Below are positions 1 through 9,685 of a DNA stretch of 64,000 nt, piece by piece; within the stretch, counting starts at the first letter, position 1, and each line of letters starts with the position of its first letter. The notes beneath the pieces are model-generated. The model worked only from the letters and a program-made list of their open reading frames with translations, was not told the DNA's origin and ran no database searches. A program made the translations under genes and the position numbers. The DNA comes from an uncultured Gemmatimonadales bacterium (GTDB lineage: Bacteria; Gemmatimonadota; Gemmatimonadetes; Gemmatimonadales; Gemmatimonadaceae): assembly GCA_963701965.1 (NCBI GenBank), contig OY969695.1, forward strand, positions 3,264,001-3,328,000. Reading direction: 5' to 3'.

Positions 1-336
1 CATGCGGCAGAAGTTCGCCCCGAACGCATGGTAGGGCTCGTCTCGGGACGGCATGAAGACTGCTGTGAAACCCGTCAAACGGGCATGATTGCATGAGGCG
101 GACATCATGCATGTGCAGCGAGACATCGCGGTCGAGCTCCAAAAACTGCTCGGCTGCATCCCGCTAGTGGCTCCGGCGTTCACCCTCGTCGTCATCTGCG
201 ACGAGGAGACGCCCTGGGGCCCGTGTGATCCGCAGGAGCGCACGTTGCCCATCACTCGGCCCCCGTCGGATGGGCGAGTCAATTCCGAGTTGACCGCCTG
301 AGTCTCTCCGACTGGGGACCCCTGATCCTTCGGATC

Positions 337-672
337 ATGCTCGCCGTCGAGTTTCTGCCGAGTGGCGTGTTCAGCGTGCGTGATCCTGTCGGGCGCGCTC
401 AACAGAATGGCGTGAGCACGCCGTTCATGGTGTTCATTGGCGTCGCCGAGATCGCGGCGAGCCTGGGTCTACTGGCTGGCGTGCTGGCGCGGCAGGCCGC
501 TCTCGGACTCGTCATGATCATGGCCGGCGCCATCTACAAGAAAGCGTTCGTCTGGCACACCGGTTTCTGGGGCGCCCATAACGACGGTTGGCACTACGAG
601 CTGATGCTCGTGGCGATGTGCCTGGCCATCGCGCTGGGCGGCCCCGGCCGTCTCAGTCTCTTGCCCCGTTGA
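337..672 (+). CDS. DoxX family membrane protein (true start probably slightly upstream)
   Basis: Hydrophobic helices; motifs 'GVAEIAASLGLLAG', 'GWHYELML', 'GPGRLSL'. The frame is open upstream (LSLSDWGPLILRIM), which matches the DoxX N-terminus. Confidence 0.75.
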   Translation: MLAVEFLPSGVFSVRDPVGRAQQNGVSTPFMVFIGVAEIAASLGLLAGVLARQAALGLVMIMAGAIYKKAFVWHTGFWGAHNDGWHYELMLVAMCLAIALGGPGRLSLLPR

Positions 673-3600
673 TCAGCCGTCGTCCTCGTTTTGATCGAGG
701 TCGACGCCCATGTCGGGGTCCGCATCGGCATTGGCGTTCAGGCGCGGCAGGGTGATGAGGGGCTGACCGTCGGCCTTGCGCTTCGCGTTGAGCGCCGAGA
801 GACCCTTCGCTTTCATGGTCTTCCAGTGCTCGAGAATCTCCGCGAACTCCTCGTGCGCCTTGCGGCAGGCCGCGATCTCCGCCGTCGTCGGCGCGACATC
901 GGCGTTCTGCAGCGCCATGAACGCCGAGACCAGCTCTTCACTGGCGCTGGCCAGCGTGGTGTGCTCTTCGCGCTGGGCGCCGAAACGACGACGGCCGCGC
1001 GCGGGCGGCGGGGCGAGCGACTCGACCTGTGCCCGGAACGCGTTGATGCCATCGCCCGATTGTTTCCCAAGCTGGTCGACCAGCGCGCGCGCCTCGACGT
1101 AGGCATGGTGCGCCGCCTGCGCGTCGCGATACGTGCTCTTGGACTGCGTGGCGAGGATCGTGAGACCGGTGGCCGACGTCTTGATGCGCGGGTCGAGTCG
1201 CACGACGAGCGGCTGGCGGTACTGTTTGCCGCCGACGGTGAGGCGCACCGTGTACGTGCCGGGGGGCGCCCACGGGGCGTTCACCACCGGGTACGTCCGG
1301 TGCGGCACCGCACCCAACGCGGCGTCACCCCCGCCGGGGATCGGCGTGTACCGCAGGTCCCACGCAAACCGGTGCATGCCGGCGTCCGATGAGAGGTGCG
1401 CGTCGGGAGCCGGCCAGTACAGTGGCAAGCCGCAGTCGCGCGCGCTGGGGTTCTTCTGGCACAGGCGATTGTACGCCGCCGGATCGAGCGCGGGATCCGG
1501 TGACCGGACCGAGTCCGTGCTGGTGTACGAGCGCACGACCGCGCCGGTAGCATCCAGAATGTCGAGCGTCGCCGCGCCGGCGGCGTCGCTCAGATAGTAG
1601 TCGATGATGGCGCCGACCGGCGGGTTTTCGCCGGCCGGCCACTCCGGCGGCCACGGCGTGGGATCGTTCGTGCCCGAGCGCATGCGCACGGCCAGTTCCG
1701 GCTTGAAGAGATACGCCCCCTGCGCCGCGCGGGCGGCGGCCGCCTGGCGCAACGGCGTGAGGTCATCCAGGATCCAAAATCCGCGACCGTGCGTGCCGGC
1801 GACGAGATCGGCGCACAGGCACGTGGAGTCGTCCTTGACCTGGAGGTCGCGGACCGAGATGGCGGGCATGTTGAGCTGGAGCGACGACCAGTGGTCCCCG
1901 TCATCGTACGAGACCCAGACCTGCGCATCCGTCGAGGCATAGAGTAGTCCGGGCACGCGCGGATCCTCGCGGATCGCGTTCGCGACATTCCCGGAGTCGA
2001 TGCCCGTATCGATCTCCGTCCAGTGCTTGCCACCGTCGTGCGTGCGCCAGAAGTGGGGGCGCAGGTCGTCGATGCGGAACGTGTTCGCGGCCGCGTACGC
2101 CGTACGGGTGTCGAAGTGGCCGGCGTCGATATTGAAGATGCGCGTCCAGGGTTTGATCGCGGTTGGCGTCACGTTGGTCCACGTGGCGCCGCCGTTCGCA
2201 GTCGTCTGGATGTTGCCGTCGTCCGTGCCGGCCCAGAGCACCGTTGCCGTCTTCGGCGAGATCGACAAGGCCGTGATGGAGCCCTTCGGGCCCGCTTTCA
2301 CGTCTTTGGCGTACTCTCCGGCGGTTGCGGGAACGTCCCACGTTTGGCGGGTGAGGTCCGGGCTCATGCGCGTCCAGCTCTGCGCGTGATCAATGCTCTT
2401 CCAGACCGCGTCCGACGTGTAGAACAGGAGCGTGGGATTCGTGGGGGCCCAGGCGATCGGCATCGTGCGCACGTTGCGGTCGAATCCCGTGCGATCGGGA
2501 CCGACGAACGTCACTTGCCCCGTCTTCCTGTTGTAGAGCGAGATGTTCGTGCGCATGCTCCCATAGACGAGATCCGGGTTCCGCGGGTCCGGCGCCGCCA
2601 TGCCGTATTCCTGGATGTCCACCGGATGCCAGTCGTGGAACGTGATCTCGCCGTCCATGGAGCGACTGTCGACGCAACCCGACCCGGAGTCCTGTTGTCC
2701 GCTGCAGACCCGATAGGGGAAGGCGTTGTCGGTCGTGACGTGGTACATCGCCGCGGTCGGCTGCGTATACCAGTTGCTCCACGACTCGCCACGATTCGCG
2801 GAAACCACACCGCCCTGGTCGGAGACGACGAGCAGGATGTTCGGGTTCGTCGGATTGACCCACGGCTTCTGGTAGTCGTCGCCGCCCGGCGAGCCACGCA
2901 CGGCCGACCACGTGCGGCCGCCGTCCTCGGTGCGCCAGAAGACCACCGACGCGCTATAGACGACATTCTCGTTCGAGCCATCGACGGCGAGCGTCGGGAG
3001 GTCCCCGCCCCCGATGCGGCCCATGGGGCGCGGGTCCGTGCCGCTCGAATCGTGGTCCACGCGCTGCCAATGCTGCCCGCCGTCCGTCGTCTTGTAGAGA
3101 TTGACGGTGCCCGTGGCGCCCTGTTGGCTGGGTTTCGCCGACGTGTCGCCGGCGACTGCCGTGTAGAGCACCCGCGTGTTGCCGGGTGCGATGGCGAGAT
3201 TCGCCTCGATGACCGGCGGGAGGCCATCGTTGATCGGTTGCCACGTCGTGCCGCCATCGGTCGATTTGTAGACGCCACCGCCGACGCCGCCGAATCCGCC
3301 CCCTTCGATGAAGCTCTGTTGTTGCTTCCAGAGCGCCGCGTAGACGGTGTTCGGATCCGAGGGATCGATCCGGACGTCGTTGGCGCTCGTGTACTCGTCC
3401 TTGTACAGGACGCGCTGGAAGCTCTGCCCGCCGTCGGTCGAACGAAAGACGCCGCGCTCGCCGTTCGGTCCGTACGGGTGGCCCAGGGCGGCCACGAACA
3501 GGCGGTTGGGATCGCGGGGGTCGACGTCGATCATGGCGATCATTTGGGTCTGTCGGAGCCCCAGGTGCGTCCACGTCTTGCCGGCGTCCGTCGACTTGTA

Positions 3601-3969
3601 GACCCCATCACCGACGGCGAGATCGGGACGGATAATACCCGCCCCCGTTCCCACGTAGATCACATTGGGGTCCGAGGGCGCGACCGCGATGGCGCCGATC
3701 GAGCCGGTGGGCTCGCGATCGAAAAGCGGCTGCCACGTGGACCCGTAGTCGGTCGATCGCCAGACCCCGCCGTTGTCGAATCCGATGTAGAAGACGTTGG
3801 GCTGGCTGGGCACGCCGGCCAGGGCGCGGGCCCGGCCCGCACGGGTGGGGCCGATCGTCCGCCAGCGCATGGCGGCGGACGGGTCAACCGATTGCGCTGG
3901 GGCCACGGCAGCCCACGCGGATGCCGCAACGCCGCACGCATAGGCTACGCGGGACAGAGTTTGACGCAT
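673..3969 (-). CDS. Secreted BNR/Asp-box repeat (VPS10/sortilin-like) beta-propeller protein, putative glycosyl hydrolase
   Basis: Signal peptide; many SxDxGxTW Asp-box repeats (STDYGSTW, STDAGKTW, STDGGTTW, THDGGKHW); conserved 'WRTIGPTRAGR' and 'GTHGRGFWILDD'. Confidence 0.85.
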   Translation of the reverse strand: MRQTLSRVAYACGVAASAWAAVAPAQSVDPSAAMRWRTIGPTRAGRARALAGVPSQPNVFYIGFDNGGVWRSTDYGSTWQPLFDREPTGSIGAIAVAPSDPNVIYVGTGAGIIRPDLAVGDGVYKSTDAGKTWTHLGLRQTQMIAMIDVDPRDPNRLFVAALGHPYGPNGERGVFRSTDGGQSFQRVLYKDEYTSANDVRIDPSDPNTVYAALWKQQQSFIEGGGFGGVGGGVYKSTDGGTTWQPINDGLPPVIEANLAIAPGNTRVLYTAVAGDTSAKPSQQGATGTVNLYKTTDGGQHWQRVDHDSSGTDPRPMGRIGGGDLPTLAVDGSNENVVYSASVVFWRTEDGGRTWSAVRGSPGGDDYQKPWVNPTNPNILLVVSDQGGVVSANRGESWSNWYTQPTAAMYHVTTDNAFPYRVCSGQQDSGSGCVDSRSMDGEITFHDWHPVDIQEYGMAAPDPRNPDLVYGSMRTNISLYNRKTGQVTFVGPDRTGFDRNVRTMPIAWAPTNPTLLFYTSDAVWKSIDHAQSWTRMSPDLTRQTWDVPATAGEYAKDVKAGPKGSITALSISPKTATVLWAGTDDGNIQTTANGGATWTNVTPTAIKPWTRIFNIDAGHFDTRTAYAAANTFRIDDLRPHFWRTHDGGKHWTEIDTGIDSGNVANAIREDPRVPGLLYASTDAQVWVSYDDGDHWSSLQLNMPAISVRDLQVKDDSTCLCADLVAGTHGRGFWILDDLTPLRQAAAARAAQGAYLFKPELAVRMRSGTNDPTPWPPEWPAGENPPVGAIIDYYLSDAAGAATLDILDATGAVVRSYTSTDSVRSPDPALDPAAYNRLCQKNPSARDCGLPLYWPAPDAHLSSDAGMHRFAWDLRYTPIPGGGDAALGAVPHRTYPVVNAPWAPPGTYTVRLTVGGKQYRQPLVVRLDPRIKTSATGLTILATQSKSTYRDAQAAHHAYVEARALVDQLGKQSGDGINAFRAQVESLAPPPARGRRRFGAQREEHTTLASASEELVSAFMALQNADVAPTTAEIAACRKAHEEFAEILEHWKTMKAKGLSALNAKRKADGQPLITLPRLNANADADPDMGVDLDQNEDDG

Positions 3970-4161
3970 GACACGATTCTAGCGCGCGACGATCGAGTAC
4001 GCGAGGCCATGGAATGGGCCGCGCCTCGCGTCTTGACGCCGCCAAGGGACGTCTCTGGGTCGGCGGCGGCCGTGTCGGCGGTGGAGCGGATCCGTGACAG
4101 CGCGTCGATCGCGGGGTATGATCGCGATATGATGGGGTTGATGATAGGTCACGGAGGGCCA

Positions 4162-4590
4162 TCAGTCACGGGTCGCGCCGCCGTCGGCGCGGCGCCGGCG
4201 GCCGAGCGCCCAGGACCCGGGTCCGTACGCGGCGATCATGAGCAGCCCGCCCATGATGCCTAGGTTCTTGAAGAACTCGGTGAGGTTGGTGCCACTCCGC
4301 ATGCCGGATTGATTCCAGAAGTCGTGAAGGCGCACGGTCACGATGCCGAGATACACGAACAGGACCGCTGCTGCCGAGCGGGCGCGATAACCGGTGATGA
4401 CGCAGAGAGATCCGACGAGCTCGATCACCAACGCCGCGGCCAGCAACGGGCCGATGAGACTCATGCCTTTGGCCGCCATGTAGGCGGCTTGGCTCGACCA
4501 CCCGAAAATCTTGCCGTTGACCGCGACGAGAAACTCCGCGCATACCAGGAGGCGCGCGACGAACGGCAAAAGACCGAACCGGATCTTCAT
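4162..4590 (-). CDS. DoxX family membrane protein
   Basis: Four TM segments; motifs 'IELVGSL', 'HDFW', 'FFKNLGIMGGLL', 'GPGSWAL'. Confidence 0.85.
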   Translation of the reverse strand: MKIRFGLLPFVARLLVCAEFLVAVNGKIFGWSSQAAYMAAKGMSLIGPLLAAALVIELVGSLCVITGYRARSAAAVLFVYLGIVTVRLHDFWNQSGMRSGTNLTEFFKNLGIMGGLLMIAAYGPGSWALGRRRRADGGATRD

Positions 4591-4595
4591 CTCGG

Positions 4596-5351
4596 CTAAC
4601 GCAACAGCGCGTGCAAGCGCGCGCTGTGCGACCGGCTCGAGGCCAAGCGGCTGCCGTCTCGCATCGTGATCAGGTATTCGCCGTGGCCCTGCGGCTCGAG
4701 TCGCTGCACATGATTGATATTGACCATGATCGACCGATGGACGCGGATGAAGCGGTCGGGGTCCAGCTTGGCCGCGAACGCCTTCATCGTGTCGCGGATG
4801 AGGTGCGTTCGTCCGCCCACATGCACGCGGACGTAGTTTGCCTGCGCGTCAACCCACCCGATCTCGGCGGCCGGCACGAAGTAGAGATGGTGTGGCCCGC
4901 GCACGAGAAACCGTTCCGGAAAAGCCTGATGCGCCCGCAGCCGTTCGAGAAACCGGCGCAGCTCCGGATCCAGTCCTCCGCCCGACAACCGTTGCTCGGC
5001 GCGGGCCAACGCCAGGTCGAAGCGCCCGACGTCGAACGGCTTGAGCAGGTAGTCGACCGCGCTCACGTCGAACGCCTTGGCCCCGAATGTCTCGAAGGCG
5101 GTGACGAAGATGACTGCCGGCGGCACCCGCACCTCGGTCAGCGCGGTCAACACCTCGAACCCATCGAGTCCCGGCATCTTGACGTCGAGGAACACGATCG
5201 CGGGATCCAGCGCCAGGATCGCCTCGACCGTCGCCACGCCATCCTGGCATTCGGCGACGACTTCGTAGGTCGGTCGGCCCGCGAGCATCGTCCCGATTCG
5301 CTCCCGCGCCAGCGGCTCGTCGTCGGCGATCACCACCCGGCGGACCGTCAT
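4596..5351 (-). CDS. LytR/AlgR (LytTR) family response regulator
   Basis: Receiver domain (IADDEPLAR, FLDVKMP, DYLLKPF) plus LytTR domain (FIRVHRSIMVN). Confidence 0.93.
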   Translation of the reverse strand: MTVRRVVIADDEPLARERIGTMLAGRPTYEVVAECQDGVATVEAILALDPAIVFLDVKMPGLDGFEVLTALTEVRVPPAVIFVTAFETFGAKAFDVSAVDYLLKPFDVGRFDLALARAEQRLSGGGLDPELRRFLERLRAHQAFPERFLVRGPHHLYFVPAAEIGWVDAQANYVRVHVGGRTHLIRDTMKAFAAKLDPDRFIRVHRSIMVNINHVQRLEPQGHGEYLITMRDGSRLASSRSHSARLHALLR

Positions 5352-6424
5352 GTGCGAACGCGGAATGGCAGGGTAATGGTGGCCCGTGCGCCCGCCGGGG
5401 CGACGTCCTCCAGGCGCAACGTCTGGGCGTCGCCGTACAGTTGCTCCAGACGCGACCGGGTGTTCGCCAATCCCACGCCGCCGTTCAACGGGGTGTCACT
5501 GAGGCCCAGTCCGTCATCCGCGATCGTGATCCGCAGCCGGTCGCCGTCACGCGCGGCGGCGATCGCGAGCCGGCCGGGCCCCGGCCGCCGCGCGATCCCG
5601 TGTTCCAGCGCGTTTTCGACCAACGGTTGGAGGACAAAATGGGGGACGAGCGCGTCTCCCAGGCCATCCGCGATGTCGCGGACAATGGTCAATCGGTCGC
5701 CGAACCGGGTCCGTACGATCGACAGATAGCGGTCGAGCAGCGCCAGCTCCTCGGCTAGTGGGATCTCCTGGCTTCCTGGCACTTGCAGCGTGACGCGCAG
5801 CAATGCGGCCAACTGCGTCAGCATCTGGTCGGCCGCGCCGACATCGCGGTGCATGAGGGTAGCGATGCCGTTCAGGGTATTGAACAGAAAGTGCGGCTGC
5901 AGTTGTCCCTTGAGCGTTTCGAGTTGCGCCGTCGAGAGCTGCGCCCGCAACCGCGACGCCGTGCGCTCGCGCTCGACCGCGGCGCGCGCGAACGCAATGG
6001 CGTGCGCGACCGCAATGACGCCCAGGAATACGGTCACCACGGCCACCGTATTCCCCAAGAACAGTCGCCGCACCGACAGCGTGCTGGTTGGAACGAGGGA
6101 GCGAAAGAGGGCGACCAGCAGTACATCTTTGAGCGCCACGCACCCCGCCACAACACCCAGTTCAAGCGGGACATTCCGGCGCCAGTGATCGCGATCGATC
6201 GGGGCGCGACGCGCCACAGCGAAGAGGACCGGCGTGAACAGCGCGCAGGTCGACCAATCGATCGCCCAGAACAGCACGTCGCCGCGTCGCATCGTCTCCC
6301 CATGGTCGCCCAGGGCGAGCATGGTCTGGCCCAGCGACATCGTCGCCAGGAGCGCCCAACATCCCAAGGCCAGCAGGACAGCGATGGGGGCATTCCGACG
6401 CGCGCCGGAGGCGGCGGTCATCAT
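5348..6424 (-). CDS. LytS/YehU-type sensor histidine kinase
   Basis: N-terminal TM region; 'QLQPHFLFNTLN', 'LQPLVENALEHG', 'GVGLANTRSRL'; 4-nt overlap with the LytTR regulator. Confidence 0.92.
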   Translation of the reverse strand: MMTAASGARRNAPIAVLLALGCWALLATMSLGQTMLALGDHGETMRRGDVLFWAIDWSTCALFTPVLFAVARRAPIDRDHWRRNVPLELGVVAGCVALKDVLLVALFRSLVPTSTLSVRRLFLGNTVAVVTVFLGVIAVAHAIAFARAAVERERTASRLRAQLSTAQLETLKGQLQPHFLFNTLNGIATLMHRDVGAADQMLTQLAALLRVTLQVPGSQEIPLAEELALLDRYLSIVRTRFGDRLTIVRDIADGLGDALVPHFVLQPLVENALEHGIARRPGPGRLAIAAARDGDRLRITIADDGLGLSDTPLNGGVGLANTRSRLEQLYGDAQTLRLEDVAPAGARATITLPFRVRT

Positions 6425-6535
6425 GGTACGAAGATAGTCACGGCGTCATGTGACCGCCGTCCACTTCGTCCCGCCAACGGGCCGCGCTGTCCCTGCGACA
6501 TGGCATCCGGGAGGCGGGCGCCCGACTATTGCGCC

Positions 6536-7009
6536 ATGACGATGCCACAGTCGTACGTTCGCGCGCTCACCGTGAGCGCCACCCTGTTCATACTCGCCGC
6601 GCGCGCCGTCCCGGCACAGACGGCGGCCGACACGGCCGGCATCCGGGCGGCGGCCATGGACTACATCGAAGGCTGGTACGCTGGGGACGCGGACCGCATG
6701 GCCCGCGCCTTACACCCAGAGCTGGCCAAGCGGATCGTCATCACCGATACGGCCGGCCACAGCAGAATAGGCCAGATGAGCGCGATGACGCTCGTGGGGA
6801 ACACGCGCGCGGGAGGAGGCAAGGGGATCGCGCCGGAGCGTCGTCGAAAGGAGTTCCGCGTGCTCGACATCTATCGGGGCGCGGCGGTTGCGAAGGTCGT
6901 CGCCTCCGATTGGGTCGACTACCTGGAGCTCGGCAAGTGGAACGGCCAGTGGACGATCGTCAACGTACTCTGGGAGCTCACACCCAAGGACGAGCGCCCG
7001 GCACCCTAG
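6536..7009 (+). CDS. Secreted NTF2-like / putative lumazine-binding family protein
   Basis: Signal peptide, then 'DYIEGWYAGDADRMARALHPEL' and 'WVDYLELGKWNGQWTIVNVLW'. ATG at 6536 lies in frame within the 5783..7009 ORF. Confidence 0.8.
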   Translation: MTMPQSYVRALTVSATLFILAARAVPAQTAADTAGIRAAAMDYIEGWYAGDADRMARALHPELAKRIVITDTAGHSRIGQMSAMTLVGNTRAGGGKGIAPERRRKEFRVLDIYRGAAVAKVVASDWVDYLELGKWNGQWTIVNVLWELTPKDERPAP

Positions 7010-7032
7010 ATGGTCGGTGTCCAACCCGTCGG

Positions 7033-9372
7033 TCACAGTCTCCAGAGGTAACTCACTTTGAACACCAAGCCGTCCTCGCTCCGCGTGAAGTCGCGGAAGG
7101 CGAAGGCGTTGGGTTCGTTCAGCGTGGCGCCGTAGCCGAGGAGGATCACCGTCCCCGGCGTGGGTTGATAGGAGAACAGGACGTCTTGCCGGAAGATCCG
7201 CGACGGCGCCAGCCCCAGGTTGGCGAACGTCGCGGAGTCGACGAGCAGCGGCTCGCCGGTGCGCGGATCCTCGAGTGGCGACTCGGTCTGCGCCGTGTAC
7301 TGGCCCACGTAGCGAAAGAAGATCGCCGGCGTGAGCTGGTATTCGACTTTGAGGCGGGGGATGTCCGCGGTGATGGCGCGCGAGCCGTCGCGCGCGCGGT
7401 CGAACGTCTGGTGCGTCCAGAGGGCATCGAAGCGCAGCGACCGCGTCGGATGCCACAGCACTTCGCCCTGAAACGAGATCTCGTTGCTGAGCGCCGCCTC
7501 CGGAAAAATTGGCGCGGCGCCAACGGCGACGGTGAAGATGCCGATCACGGCGCGATTCGGCGTCGTGAGGCTCCCCTGCTCCGACCACATGTTATAGAGA
7601 CCGTGCGGCAGCGTGAATGCCACCGTGTCCGTTTGGCGGACGACGCGGTACGAGGCGTACGAGGCCGGGTCCCACTGCTGGATGTTGTTGGCGACCCCGC
7701 CGCTGATCACCCAACCGCCCCGGATGTTGGCGGAGAGCACGCTGTTGTATCCCCCTTCGAACGCGCCGCGGAATTTCTCCATGTCGCCGTAGCGCCAGAG
7801 CGGGTTGGCGCCGAGCATCAACGTGACCTGCTCGATCAGGTTTCCCGGCGCGCCATAGAGACTGAATCGCTGCCCCGTATTGGCCCGCTCGTACCCCACG
7901 CGGTTGATGAATCCGCTCTGGGCATCGAAGCCGTTGCTCAAGCCCGAGATTTCAAAGTGATTGCCGTACGCGCGTCCGGTACGGTCGGCGAGTACGAAGT
8001 CCCAGAGGGTGCCGGGGCGATAGCCCGCCGAGTCGGTCCACGATTGGACGATCTGCGCTTGCGAGAACCAGAGCTTGCCCCACGCGTAGCGGGCGTCCCC
8101 GCCGAGGACCCTATTGTACTGCGCGCCATCAATGCGGTCGGTGTAGACGAGGCCGAGCAATGTGTTGGGGTTCACGTCCTCGCGAAGCCTCAGGATATTG
8201 AAGATCGGGTGGTTCCCCGACGTGCTGTCCTTCGTGTCTACCGCCCCCAGGTAGGCGATCGTGGTGTTGCCGACCTGCCCGATGAGTTTCGCCCCGCCGT
8301 CGGGTTGAACGATCTGGCGGGTGTAGATGAGCGTGTTCGGGGTGTTGAAGAGTTGCAGCCCTTCGAGGAAGAACGGTCGCTTCTCCGGATAGAAGAGCGC
8401 GAAGCGTTGGTTGGATGACACTTGTCCCACGTCGGCTTCGACCTGCGAGAAATCCGGACGCACGGTGCCCAGCGCGCTCAGGTTCGCGGCCAGGCCAAAC
8501 CGTACCTGTCCGCCCAGGTTCGTCGATCCCTGATATCCGTACTTGGTGTTGGCGGCATTGGGCGCGCCGTCGACCTTCGTCGTCCACTCCGGATTGACAT
8601 CGAGGAGGAGACCGCGATGGATCTTGGTGAGGCCGACCAACGACCCGGATTGGATGAGAAAGCTCGCGCTGGCGCGCACGACGGGGGTCCACGTCTCCTC
8701 GTACCCGCTGTGCTGGACCACGCGATCGATCTGAAAGCCCCACGTCTGCGGATCCCGGCTTTGATAGTGCAGCGTCTTGAACGGGATACGGACGACGACC
8801 TCGTAGCCCCAGTCCGTGACGTGCCCCCGCGAGGCGTACACGTAGTCCGGGTTGAGATCGATCGACGCGTCGAACCGGTTGTTGGTGCTCTGGCCGCCGG
8901 CGGCCGCGCCCGCGCCGTCGCTCCACACGCCGTCCTCCTGCACGCCCAGCGGATTCACGGCGAAGAGGAGCGCCTGGCGGCGATTGTCGTACGTGTCCAG
9001 CAGGATGTTGATGTGGTCGTCCGCGTCAATGTTGTCGCGATTGGCCAGCGTGGCGCGGACGACGGTCCCGTGGGCCTCGAACGCCCGGATGCCGAAGTAG
9101 ATCGCGTCCGGCGCGTACCAGACGAACACTTCCGTGGAGTCGCTCGCCGGACGCCCGTCGACGGGGCGGTACTCGGAGAATCCGTTGAGCAATGCGGCGC
9201 GGCGCCACACCGGGGCATCCATGTGGCCGTCGACGACAATGGTCGTGTCGATCCGCGGGATGGAGGCCGCCGTTGCACCAGCGCGGCCGTTGTACACCTG
9301 TTGCGCCCGCCCTCGCGCGGCTGTGCCAACCGAAACGAGAGCGACCACGAGAAGAGTTGCGAATCGAAGCAC
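7033..9372 (-). CDS. CBM9-like / DUF5916 domain secreted or outer-membrane protein
   Basis: Signal peptide; N-terminal 'IVVDGHMDAPVW...IPFKTLHY' CBM9-like domain; 'PDFSQVEAD...FYPEKRPFFLEG'; C-terminal beta-strand 'FKVSYLWRL'. Confidence 0.85.
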   Translation of the reverse strand: MLRFATLLVVALVSVGTAARGRAQQVYNGRAGATAASIPRIDTTIVVDGHMDAPVWRRAALLNGFSEYRPVDGRPASDSTEVFVWYAPDAIYFGIRAFEAHGTVVRATLANRDNIDADDHINILLDTYDNRRQALLFAVNPLGVQEDGVWSDGAGAAAGGQSTNNRFDASIDLNPDYVYASRGHVTDWGYEVVVRIPFKTLHYQSRDPQTWGFQIDRVVQHSGYEETWTPVVRASASFLIQSGSLVGLTKIHRGLLLDVNPEWTTKVDGAPNAANTKYGYQGSTNLGGQVRFGLAANLSALGTVRPDFSQVEADVGQVSSNQRFALFYPEKRPFFLEGLQLFNTPNTLIYTRQIVQPDGGAKLIGQVGNTTIAYLGAVDTKDSTSGNHPIFNILRLREDVNPNTLLGLVYTDRIDGAQYNRVLGGDARYAWGKLWFSQAQIVQSWTDSAGYRPGTLWDFVLADRTGRAYGNHFEISGLSNGFDAQSGFINRVGYERANTGQRFSLYGAPGNLIEQVTLMLGANPLWRYGDMEKFRGAFEGGYNSVLSANIRGGWVISGGVANNIQQWDPASYASYRVVRQTDTVAFTLPHGLYNMWSEQGSLTTPNRAVIGIFTVAVGAAPIFPEAALSNEISFQGEVLWHPTRSLRFDALWTHQTFDRARDGSRAITADIPRLKVEYQLTPAIFFRYVGQYTAQTESPLEDPRTGEPLLVDSATFANLGLAPSRIFRQDVLFSYQPTPGTVILLGYGATLNEPNAFAFRDFTRSEDGLVFKVSYLWRL

Positions 9373-9567
9373 AGCGTGATCTCTCGGCCTGAGCGCCCGA
9401 GCGGCGAGCTCGGGAATAAGCCCGCATAGTTAAGCGGGTTGTTGACGGATCGTCAATGCACGGTCTTGCGGTCATGATCCGGACGCCGCATATTGGCCGC
9501 GCACGACACGCCACATCTGACATGTGCGCTGTCGCTGACACACAGCATCGCTGGGGCCCCTCGAGCC

Positions 9568-9660
9568 CGGGATAACGGCAAACCCGCCGAAAGGCGGCGA
9601 CGCAAAGCTCCGAGGCTATCGCGCGCTTCCCGCGCGCCACGCCGGTCGAGCCGCCGAACG
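9568..9660 (+). ncRNA. Cyclic di-GMP-I (GEMM-I) riboswitch
   Basis: GGCAAAC-CCGCC-GAAA-GGCGG-CGACGCAAAGC...GGCTA...GCCGCCGA matches the GEMM-I pattern (GAAA tetraloop on P2, GACGCAAAGC junction). It ends about 25 nt before ATG 9686. Confidence 0.88.
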
Positions 9661-9685
9661 GATTCTCATAGCGAGAGAGGTCGCC

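Noticed and set aside
89..301. 70-aa ORF at the window start
   Set aside because: TTG start, no recognisable motif, and too little context to support it.
2023..8418. Long alternative-frame ORFs (2023..4263, 5783..6535 extension, 6529..8418)
   Set aside because: They are antisense to well-supported genes and are Arg/Gly-rich with no domain signature.
9442..9456. TTGACG-GAT-CGTCAA palindrome as an FNR/CRP site
   Set aside because: The spacing is one base longer than the FNR consensus; it could be back-to-back -35 elements, and I cannot assign a regulator.
9571..9585. c-AMP-GMP-sensing variant of the GEMM riboswitch
   Set aside because: The discriminating position reads G (GGCAAAC), not A.
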